Assembly (NCBI GenBank): GCA_964016885.1
Contig: OZ024749.1
Span: 1,178,001 to 1,242,000, forward strand
Direction of reading: 5' to 3'
From: Eledone cirrhosa
Taxonomy: Eukaryota
DNA: 64,000 bases
A program made the position numbers and the translations under genes. Positions 11,372 to 22,800 of the stretch are shown piece by piece (the stretch's first letter is position 1; each line of letters starts with the position of its first letter). The notes below the pieces were generated by a model that worked only from the letters and a program-made list of their open reading frames with translations, made no database searches and was not told the DNA's origin.

Positions 11372-11930
11372 ATATTGTTATAATTTGGGAGGGTCATGCT
11401 GCCAATAAAAACACATGCACTCGATTTTCACTTCAATTTATTATAAACTACTAGTTAGTTTGATAACCAGATGGTTGTTTATCGTCAAAGCTCTTTCCAC
11501 ACACATTCTGTGACCTCCTCAGTGACTAATTTGTTATTTTGTCTCTTTGTTCTGTCCTACACCATCTTGGTTTTGTGAGCTGTATGTTGTGTACTTGGGC
11601 TGTGCATGTGTTATATTCAGGTGTGTTTTTATTTATTTACACATTCATTTACTTGTCACTAGTTTTATTAGTTTTGTTCTTGTGTGTCTATCTTTATCTT
11701 GTTCATAGTTACATAAAAGCAAGATGGTGTAAGACAGAACAAAAGAGACAAAATAACAAATTAGTCACTGAGGAGGTCACAAATGTGTGATGCAAGATCT
11801 TTGACAAACAAATAAACAACCATCCAGTTATTAATCCAACCAACTTGAAGTTTATAATAAATTGAAATGAAAACCATCAGGTGCATGTGCTTTTATTGGC
11901 AACATGACCCTCCCAAAGTATAACAATATA
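11372..11930. repeat. Imperfect long inverted repeat, arms of about 215 bp
   Basis: 11372-11585 is the diverged reverse complement of 11705-11930 (e.g. GGGAGGGTCATG / CATGACCCTCCC; GTGACCTCCTCAGTGACTAATTTG / CAAATTAGTCACTGAGGAGGTCAC). Confidence 0.85.
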
Positions 11931-12370
11931 TGTGTGTATATCTGACTATGGGGAACTTAACATGTATTATTGCTCCCCACAAAATCTGTTTCTTCTCTTA
12001 TTCCTCATTCTATCTTCTGATGAAGGACGTCCAAAATGGTTTTCTACTATATCAACAATTAAATTGATATCTTTATTGTACTGTATCGTTTACTGTATCG
12101 TTTTTTGTTTACTTTTCACATGCACATATATGTATGTGTGTGTGTTTGTGTGTGTATATATATGTATGTATGTACGTACGTATATATGTGTGTGTGTACA
12201 CATCCACACACACAACTATGAGAAAATTCTTTGCTAAAAGAATACTTTTGAGCAGCAGTAGTTTCTTAGTGCTTCTTAGTGCAGTAGTTTCTTTTATGCT
12301 TCTTTCTTTGTGAAAGAAACATGCATTTCAAGTGAAATGCATGTTATATATATATATACTATGTTATCCC

Positions 12371-12406
<36 letters not shown>

Positions 12407-12441
12407 ATATATGTGTATGTGTGTGTTTGTGTGTGTATATG

Positions 12442-12472
<31 letters not shown>

Positions 12473-13014
12473 GTAGAACATTGGAAGGTAATATCCGTAA
12501 TGGTAGAGCACTCAGTCCATGGGACGAGTTTGGTAGAAGTAGAAACACAACAGTTAGTTCACCGATGACAATGAATTGTTCTCTCTTACTACTTCTCTCT
12601 CTCGCTCTCTCTGTCTCTCTCTCTATATATATACATATATATAAAACTGTTGTTGTCTGTGTGTGTCCTCATTTTTGAAAAGTCTATACAAATCCACATT
12701 TCTACTCCGATTGACTTCAAACTTGCATTTATATATTCCTTGCTCTATATGGTCTAAAGATATTAACTGCACCTTTTACTTTTCAATTTTCTGTTGTTAA
12801 AGGGGTGTTTATCAATATCTGTCGAGCCCTTATAATAACTGTCTGTATGTCTGGCTGTCTGCATAACGACACTGACGAACACGTCATTGCTGACCTATTA
12901 TCTTCGCTACATTCACGCACACGCACACACATACATATATGTATACACACACACACATAAATATATATATATATATATATACATACATACATACACACAC
13001 ATATATACACACAC

Positions 13015-13050
<36 letters not shown>

Positions 13051-13051
<1 letters not shown>

Positions 13052-13381
13052 TCATCATCATTTTACGTCTGCTTTTCCCTGCTTGCAAGGGTTGGACGGG
13101 AACTGATTCTGGCTTGATTTCTACAGCTGGATGCCCTTCCAAACACCAACCTCATTTACAGTGAGTGCTGGGTGCGTTTTTGCCGTGGCACCGCCATGAC
13201 CACTTTGCAGTGGAAAGATATGGATCCCAGTCCCTATCGTCTCATTTCTACAGCTGAGTAAACTGGAGCAATGTGAAATAAAGTGTCTTGCTCAAGGAAA
13301 CAACATTATCCGGTCTGAGAATTGAACTCACAACCTTTCTATTACAAGGCCAATGCTCTAACCACTAAGCCATGTGCCTCC
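13051..13381 (-). mobile_element. tRNA-derived CORE-like SINE (family 1) with RTE family B tail
   Basis: Head GGAGGCACATGGCTTAGTGG...GAGTTCAATTC; CORE-like CCTTGAGCAAGACACTTTATTTCACATTGCTCCAGTTTACTCAGCTGTAGAAATGAG; tail CCCTTGCAAGCAGGGAAAAG...(GAT)n. Confidence 0.9.
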
Positions 13382-13382
13382 A

Positions 13383-13415
<33 letters not shown>

Positions 13416-13417
13416 GT

Positions 13418-14014
13418 ACATCTATGGTCACGTGATGCGCATGAAAGATGACAGCTGTATAAAAATGTGTAGGGCGATCAAAATAGACGGTAGCTACGGA
13501 GTAGGCAGACCCAGAAAAACCTGGGACGACTTGATAAATTCCGACCTCACACACTTACACCTCTCCAAGACAATGTCACTGGACTGAGATCTTTGGCGCT
13601 ACACAGTTATATAGAAGACCCGCCTTGCCTAAGTACAAAGCGAAACCTACAGTCAGTAGGCACCTCTTAACCAAAATACACCCTCGTCCCACTACCCCTA
13701 CTGCCATCTACACCACCCCTTTCGATGTAAAGTTATGTTGGTACCACAACATCCAGTCTGAAACAAATGAGGGCGTGTAGGTGTCACGACAAAAAAACAC
13801 ACAGTCTACGCCAAAATGTGGCCGTGTAGGTAACACGGTAAAAACCTCCCAGTCCACACTGTAAATGTGGTTGGTCTTAGGAAGGGCATCCAGCCGTAGA
13901 AAACCCGCCAGACAGTCCTGAGCAAGACAACCAATCTTGCCTGCCTCAAGTGGGACAATTCCCGTCCAGACCCATGCTAGCATGGAAGATGGACGTTAAA
14001 CGATGATGATGATG
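13418..14014 (+). mobile_element. RTE LINE 3' fragment (family C)
   Basis: YGHVMRMKDDSCIKMCRAIKIDGSYGVGRPRKTWDD; distinct 3'UTR; (GAT)n tail; sits inside (TA)n. Confidence 0.9.
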
Positions 14015-14889
14015 ATATATATATATGTGTCTGTGTATATATATATACACACACACACAGATACATTGAAGTTCCCTTTAACCCGTCTTTTATTATTCAA
14101 AACACTTCTTGCCAATAAACATTAACCATTTGTGCGCCATTCATCTAACTGTAGACCAACAAATTCCAACTAAACGGAGCGTTGACAAGAACGATGGCGA
14201 ATGAATCTTCGAGGTAAGCAGTTTCCTTCCGAGCTGTTAGTTCACGCGGGATTCTCTGCTACACCTTTTCGTAATAATACTGAACAACGTACTACTGGTC
14301 ACTCCTTCCTCCAAAAGCCTTACAAAGCGGACGTGTGCATCGGGCAGATGGATCGGGTGCATATTTCTACACCAGGCCTACCCGAGAAATTCGCAAGGGA
14401 CTGCACCGAGAGGGATAGAGAGAAAGAGTAACTTAGTGGAAAGAGTGCGAATGAACTTTTGAGGTAAGTAGCCAACGCCTTACTGCTATTGCACTGGAAC
14501 CTTCTGCCAACTTAACCTGTGACTTTCTCTTTCACATTTACTCCAAAAGGCCAAAACAGAGGAGTATGAAAAGAAGGGGCTCAACAATATTTCTATGAAC
14601 AATGCACGTAGACATCTAAACTCTACTTTCAACTTCTTAATTTTCTCCAAATAAAACAAGTTTCCTGTCGGTATATTTTCGCGAGTTTTTAACAGGCACT
14701 CACAAATAAACGTTTCTCATTGGAGGTGCTATTACCAATGTTCTTACCCGTGCAACGCCGGGATACACTGCTAGTATACTATATATATATATTTATATAT
14801 ATCTATACATAATGAAGGAAGTGTGGTAAGGAACCAGGTGGACCATAATGCACCAGGGTACTCAATACTTAGGGTAGTAGAGTGGATAA

Positions 14890-14933
14890 TAGGAAATTGT
14901 TCAAGACCCCAAGGGGTTTTGAACAATTTCCTA
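14890..14933. repeat. Near-perfect 21-bp hairpin
   Basis: TAGGAAATTGTTCAAGACCCC-AA-GGGGTTTTGAACAATTTCCTA. Confidence 0.85.
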
Positions 14934-14955
14934 TATACATAGATATATATGTGTG

Positions 14956-14997
<42 letters not shown>

Positions 14998-15925
14998 TCC
15001 TTTTATATGTGTGTGTATGTATGTATATATGTGTGTATCTATAGATATGTATGTATGTATATGTACACATGTAGATGTATGTGTGTGTGAAGACCTGACC
15101 ATTTTGAAGGATTAACACAGCATGCTAATACAGCCAGTTACAGAAATTCCCTTTTGTCTGCTTAGCATAATTGAGCATTGGAAAAAGTGTGTGTGGGGGG
15201 GGGGGGGGCGTGTGTGTGGACACCTGACCATTTTTGCTGACCTCACCTTCCTTTAGCAGAGCATCATAATATTCCCACTTAATGAAAATTAATGAACCTT
15301 GGAAATTAGGTGTGCCTGTCAGTGTGTATGTGTTTGTCTATAGGAACTCATCATGAATTTACTTTTGCCTTTGTTTCACTATGTATTTTTCTCTAAATAA
15401 AGAATCCCCATTCTTTAAATCCAACCACCAGAAAATGTATAAATACCACTATATTACATTGACAGTGGCTTTCCTGATGATTTTATCTGAATGAAATAGT
15501 TCTAGTCCTGTTATAGCCATATATATATATTATATATATTTTAATATAGAAGAGCTTCTACAGGACTAGAACTGTTTCATTCATGAGAATTATCAATATA
15601 TTTATATATATATATAAAACCAAGATAACTGCTTTAATATCATGACAGTTGAAAAGATTTGCCACGGGACAGGTGTGTGCGCCATTTATAAAGGCAAAAT
15701 TCAAAAGTCTTTATTAATGCTTGTCATGTCCATGATGTTACCAAATAAATTCCAGAGGTTTCCAGAATTTGTTTTTTTTGTAATATTGATGGATTTCTTT
15801 GTATTTTCTATCAATTTGTTCATTTTACTCTGTGAATGTTAAACAGGGCAGCTAGTATTTTCTAAAATACTGTCAACTTCTAGATTTATAAATCAATTCT
15901 TTTGTTTCGCAATGATAGAATGTGT

Positions 15926-16260
15926 GAAAGTGCGTGGCCTTGTGGTTAGGATGTTGGACTCTCAACCATGAGGTTATGTGTTGAATTCCTGGATAAGGCA
16001 GCAAATTTTGTTCTTGAACAAGATGTTTCATTTTGTTATGTTTCATGACAGGACTGGGGCCCCTATTATTTAAAGCCCTGAGAAACCTCCTATAGGAAGC
16101 AAACTTGTAGGAGGGCAGCTGAACCTACACAGGTGTGAGCTTTAACAACAAAAAGTAGAATGGACATGACTGGGGCCCCTATCATTAAAAAACTCTCCTA
16201 TGAGATACAACCATGCAGAGGGCCAGTTAGGCCAGTTTTGGAAGAGGCCTTGAAAAGAAA
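15926..16260 (+). mobile_element. Degenerate tRNA-head CORE-like SINE
   Basis: GTGGCCTTGTGGTTAGG...GTTGAATTCC...TTCTTGAACAAGA. Confidence 0.55.
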
Positions 16261-16898
16261 AAAGAAAGGATTGTGAGTACTGCCTGAATAAACAGCTAAA
16301 GTAAAAGTATAAAGGAAAACCTCACTATCAATTCTGTATGTGTTTGTTGTTACAGTTCACACATTCTTAGGTTTGGTTAACCTCCTATGAAATTACATCT
16401 CTCAGGTTTCCAACTTTAACATTTTCTTGGTTTTTAATGATAATTATTTTGGAAACATTAATGAGTTATTGTCCAATAATTCTTATTAAATATCATTAAA
16501 GTCAAAAATTGTTTTTTTTGTTGTTTTTTTAAGTATTTCTATGATGGTTTAATCACTAAGTTCTGTCAAATTGCAGACATCTCTTCTTTAGTTCTTCTTA
16601 ATTAAAATCAATTTGTACTTAATCCGAAATCTAGTTTTAAAACCGTTTTTTTTTTGTTTTTTTGTTTTTTTTTTATTACTCAGCCCATTCTCTTTCACTG
16701 GTTTAACTCCAGCCATACTGGAGCACCAACTTAAATCAATCATAACACCAATATCATTTCCTTTTGATCAAGTCTGCTATTTATTCTATTGAACTGCTAA
16801 GTATGCAATATAAACAAACACATATATATATATATACACACACACACACATATATATATACATACAACGCACTTCTGTTGTTTCTATCTACTAACTCA

Positions 16899-19800
16899 TA
16901 AGACATTGGTCAACCTGTGACTATAGTAGACACTTGACCAAGGTGTCACAGTGGGACTGTCACACAAGACATTGGTCAACCTGTGACTAGAGTAGACACT
17001 TGACCAAGGTGTCACAGTGGGACTGTCACACAAGACATTGGTCAACCTGTGACTATAGTAGACACTTGACCAAGGTGTCACAGTGGGACTGTCACACAAG
17101 ACATTGGTCAACCTGTGACTAGAGTAGACACTTGACCAAGGTGTCACAGTGGGACTGTCACACAAGACATTGGTCAACCTGTGACTATAGTAGACACTTG
17201 ACCAAGGTGTCACAGTGGGACTGTCACACAAGACATTGGTCAACCTGTGACTAGAGTAGACACTTGACCAAGGTGTCACAGTGGGACTGTCACACAAGAC
17301 ATTGGTCAACCTGTGACTATAGTAGACACTTGACCAAGGTGTCACAGTGGGACTGTCACACAAGACATTGGTCAACCTGTGACTATAGTAGACACTTCAG
17401 CAAGGTGTCACATTAGGACTGTCACACAAGACATTGGTCAACCTGTGACTATAGTAGACACTTCAAGGTGTCACAGTGGGACTGTCACACAAGACATTGG
17501 TCAACCTGTGACTATAGTAGACACTTGACCAAGGTGTCACAGTGGGACTGTCACACAAGACATTGGTCAACCTGTGACTATAGTAGACACTTCAGCAAGG
17601 TGTCACAGTGGGACTGTCACACAAGACATTGGTCAACATGTGACTATAGTAGACACTTGACCAAGGTGTCGCAGTGGGACTGTCACACAAGACATTGGTC
17701 AACCTGTGACTATAGTAGACACTTGACCAAGGTGTCACAGTGGGACTGTCACACAAGACATTGGTCAACCTGTGACTATAGTAGACACTTGACCAAGGTG
17801 TCACAGTGGGACTGTCACACAAGACATTGGTCAACATGTGACTATAGTAGACACTTGACCAAGGTGTCGCAGTGGGACTGTCACACAAGACATTGGTCAA
17901 CCTGTGACTATAGTAGACACTTCAGCAAGGTGTCACAGTGGGACTGTCACACAAGACATTGGTCAACATGTGACTATAGTAGACACTTGACCAAGGTGTC
18001 GCAGTGGGACTGTCACACAAGACATTGGTCAACCTGTGACTATAGTAGACACTTGACCAAGGTGTCACAGTGGGACTGTCACACAAGACATTGGTCAACC
18101 TGTGACTATAGTAGACACTTGACCAAGGTGTCACAGTGGGACTGTCACACAAGACATTGGTCAACCTGTGACTATAGTAGACACTTCACCAAGGTGTCAC
18201 AGTGGGACTGTCACACAAGACATTGGTCAACCTGTGACTATAGTAGACACTTGACCAAGGTGTCACAGTGGGACTGTCACACAAGACATTGGTCAACCTG
18301 TGACTATAGTAGACACTTGACCAAGGTGTCACAGTGGGACTGTCACACAAGACATTGGTCAACCTGTGACTATAGTAGACACTTGACCAAGGTGTCACAG
18401 TGGGACTGTCACACAAGACATTGGTCAACCTGTGACTATAGTAGACACTTCACCAAGGTGTCACAGTGGGACTGTCACACAAGACATTGGTCAACCTGTG
18501 ACTATAGTAGACACTTGACCAAGGTGTCACAGTGGGACTGTCACACAAGACATTGGTCAACCTGTGACTATAGTAGACACTTGACCAAGGTGTCACAGTG
18601 GGACTGTCACACAAGACATTGGTCAACCTGTGACTATAGTAGACACTTCAGCAAGGTGTCACAGTGGGACTGTCACACAAGACATTGGTCAACATGTGAC
18701 TATAGTAGACACTTGACCAAGGTGCCACAGTGGGACTGTCACACAAGACATTGGTCAACATGTGACTATAGTAGACACTTGACCAAGGTGTCGCAGTGGG
18801 ACTGTCACACAAGACATTGGTCAACCTGTGACTATAGTAGACACTTGACCAAGGTGTCACAGTGGGACTGTCACACAAGACATTGGTCAACCTGTGACTA
18901 TAGTAGACACTTGACCAAGGTGTCACAGTGGGACTGTCACACAAGACATTGGTCAACCTGTGACTATAGTAGACACTTCACCAAGGTGTCACAGTGGGAC
19001 TGTCACACAAGACATTGGTCAACCTGTGACTATAGTAGACACTTGACCAAGGTGTCACAGTGGGACTGTCACACAAGACATTGGTCAACCTGTGACTATA
19101 GTAGACACTTGACCAAGGTGTCACAGTGGGACTGTCACACAAGACATTGGTCAACCTGTGACTATAGTAGACACTTGACCAAGGTGTCACAGTGGGACTG
19201 TCACACAAGACATTGGTCAACCTGTGACTATAGTAGACACTTGACCAAGGTGTCACAGTGGGACTGTCACACAAGACATTGGTCAACCTGTGACTATAGT
19301 AGACACTTGACCAAGGTGTCACAGTGGGACTGTCACACAAGACATTGGTCAACCTGTGACTATAGTAGACACTTGACCAAGGTGTCACAGTGGGACTGTC
19401 ACACAAGACATTGGTCAACCTGTGACTATAGTAGACACTTGACCAAGGTGTCACAGTGGGACTGTCACACAAGACATTGGTCAACCTGTGACTATAGTAG
19501 ACACTTGACCAAGGTGTCACAGTGGGACTGTCACACAAGACATTGGTCAACCTGTGACTATAGTAGACACTTCACCAAGGTGTCACAGTGGGACTGTCAC
19601 ACGAGACATTGGTCAACCTGTGACTATAGACACTTGACCAAGGTGTCACAGTGGGACTGTCACACAAGACATTGGTCAACCTGTGACTATAGTAGACACT
19701 TGACCAAGGTGTCACAGTGGGACTGTCACACAAGACATTGGTCAACCTGTGACTATAGTAGACACTTCAGCAAGGTGTCACAGTGGGACTGTCACACAAG

Positions 19801-22800
19801 ACATTGGTCAACCTGTGACTAGAGTAGACACTTCAAGGTGTCACAGTGGGACTGTCACACAAGACATTGGTCAACCTGTGACTATAGTAGACACTTCAGC
19901 AAGGTGTCACAGTGGGACTGTCACACAAGACATTGGTCAACCTGTGACTATAGTAGACACTTGACCTAGGTGTCACAGTGGGACTGTCACACAAGACATT
20001 GGTCAACCTGTGACTATAGTAGACACTTCACCAAGGTGTCACAGTGGGACTGTCACACAAGACATTGGTCAACCTGTGACTATAGTAGACACTTCACCAA
20101 GGTGTCACAGTGGGACTGTCACACAAGACATTGGTCAACCTGTGACTAGAGTAGACACTTCAGCAAGGTGTCACAGTGGGACTGTCACACAAGACATTGG
20201 TCAACCTGTGACTATAGTAGACACTTGACCAAGGTGTCACAGTGGGACTGTCACACAAGACATTGGTCAACCTGTGACTATAGTAGACACTTCACCAAGG
20301 TGTCACAGTGGGACTGTCACACAAGACATTGGTCAACCTGTGACTATAGTAGACACTTGACCAAGGTGTCACAGTGGGACTGTCACACAAGACATTGGTC
20401 AACCTGTGACTAGAGTAGACACTTGACCAAGGTGTCACAGTGGGACTGTCACACAAGACATTGGTCAACCTGTGACTATAGTAGACACTTCACCAAGGTG
20501 TCACAGTGGGACTGTCACACAAGACATTGGTCAACATGTGACTAGAGTAGACACTTCAAGGTGTCACAGTGGGACTGTCACACAAGACATTGGTCAACCT
20601 GTGACTATAGTAGACACTTCACCAAGGTGTCACAGTGGGACTGTCACACAAGACATTGGTCAACCTGTGACTATAGTAGACACTTGACCAAGGTGTCACA
20701 GTGGGACTGTCACACAAGACATTGGTCAACCTGTGACTATAGTAGACACTTCAGCAAGGTGTCACAGTGGGACTGTCACACAAGACATTGGTCAACCTGT
20801 GACTATAGTAGACACTTCACCAAGGTGTCACAGTGGGACTGTCACACAAGACATTGGTCAACCTGTGACTATAGTAGACACTTGACCAAGGTGTCGCAGT
20901 GGGACTGTCACACAAGACATTGGTCAACCTGTGACTATAGTAGACACTTGACCAAGGTGTCACAGTGGGACTGTCACACAAGACATTGGTCAACCTGTGA
21001 CTAGAGTAGACACTTGACCAAGGTGTCACAGTGGGACTGTCACACAAGACATTGGTCAACCTGTGACTAGAGTAGACACTTGACCAAGGTGTCACAGTGG
21101 GACTGTCACACAAGACATTGGTCAACCTGTGACTATAGTAGACACTTGACCAAGGTGTCACAGTGGGACTGTCACACAAGACATTGGTCAACCTGTGACT
21201 AGAGTAGACACTTGACCAAGGTGTCACAGTGGGACTGTCACACAAGACATTGGTCAACCTGTGACTATAGTAGACACTTGACCAAGGTGTCACAGTGGGA
21301 CTGTCACACAAGACATTGGTCAACCTGTGACTAGAGTAGACACTTGACCAAGGTGTCACAGTGGGACTGTCACACAAGACATTGGTCAACCTGTGACTAT
21401 AGTAGACACTTGACCAAGGTGTCACAGTGGGACTGTCACACAAGACATTGGTCAACCTGTGACTATAGTAGACACTTCAGCAAGGTGTCACATTAGGACT
21501 GTCACACAAGACATTGGTCAACCTGTGACTATAGTAGACACTTCAAGGTGTCACAGTGGGACTGTCACACAAGACATTGGTCAACCTGTGACTATAGTAG
21601 ACACTTGACCAAGGTGTCACAGTGGGACTGTCACACAAGACATTGGTCAACCTGTGACTATAGTAGACACTTCAGCAAGGTGTCACAGTGGGACTGTCAC
21701 ACAAGACATTGGTCAACATGTGACTATAGTAGACACTTGACCAAGGTGTCGCAGTGGGACTGTCACACAAGACATTGGTCAACCTGTGACTATAGTAGAC
21801 ACTTGACCAAGGTGTCACAGTGGGACTGTCACACAAGACATTGGTCAACCTGTGACTATAGTAGACACTTGACCAAGGTGTCACAGTGGGACTGTCACAC
21901 AAGACATTGGTCAACATGTGACTATAGTAGACACTTGACCAAGGTGTCGCAGTGGGACTGTCACACAAGACATTGGTCAACCTGTGACTATAGTAGACAC
22001 TTCAGCAAGGTGTCACAGTGGGACTGTCACACAAGACATTGGTCAACATGTGACTATAGTAGACACTTGACCAAGGTGTCGCAGTGGGACTGTCACACAA
22101 GACATTGGTCAACCTGTGACTATAGTAGACACTTGACCAAGGTGTCACAGTGGGACTGTCACACAAGACATTGGTCAACCTGTGACTATAGTAGACACTT
22201 GACCAAGGTGTCACAGTGGGACTGTCACACAAGACATTGGTCAACCTGTGACTATAGTAGACACTTCACCAAGGTGTCACAGTGGGACTGTCACACAAGA
22301 CATTGGTCAACCTGTGACTATAGTAGACACTTGACCAAGGTGTCACAGTGGGACTGTCACACAAGACATTGGTCAACCTGTGACTATAGTAGACACTTGA
22401 CCAAGGTGTCACAGTGGGACTGTCACACAAGACATTGGTCAACCTGTGACTATAGTAGACACTTCAGCAAGGTGTCACAGTGGGACTGTCACACAAGACA
22501 TTGGTCAACATGTGACTATAGTAGACACTTGACCAAGGTGCCACAGTGGGACTGTCACACAAGACATTGGTCAACATGTGACTATAGTAGACACTTGACC
22601 AAGGTGTCGCAGTGGGACTGTCACACAAGACATTGGTCAACCTGTGACTATAGTAGACACTTGACCAAGGTGTCACAGTGGGACTGTCACACAAGACATT
22701 GGTCAACCTGTGACTATAGTAGACACTTGACCAAGGTGTCACAGTGGGACTGTCACACAAGACATTGGTCAACCTGTGACTATAGTAGACACTTCACCAA

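Larger units (their letters stand above)
12622..14774 (+). mobile_element. Non-autonomous Helitron-like element carrying a nested SINE and an RTE fragment
   Basis: 5' TCTATATA...AAAACTGTTGTTGTCTG; 3' hairpin CCCGTGCAACGCCGGG followed by CTAG|T at 14771-14774. Same ends as the elements at 37590-39534. Confidence 0.7.

Noticed and set aside
13300-13381. tRNA gene, also at 52900-52982, 60700-60780 and 58340-58420
   Set aside because: The A and B boxes are SINE heads continuous with SINE bodies; no proper acceptor stem or terminator.
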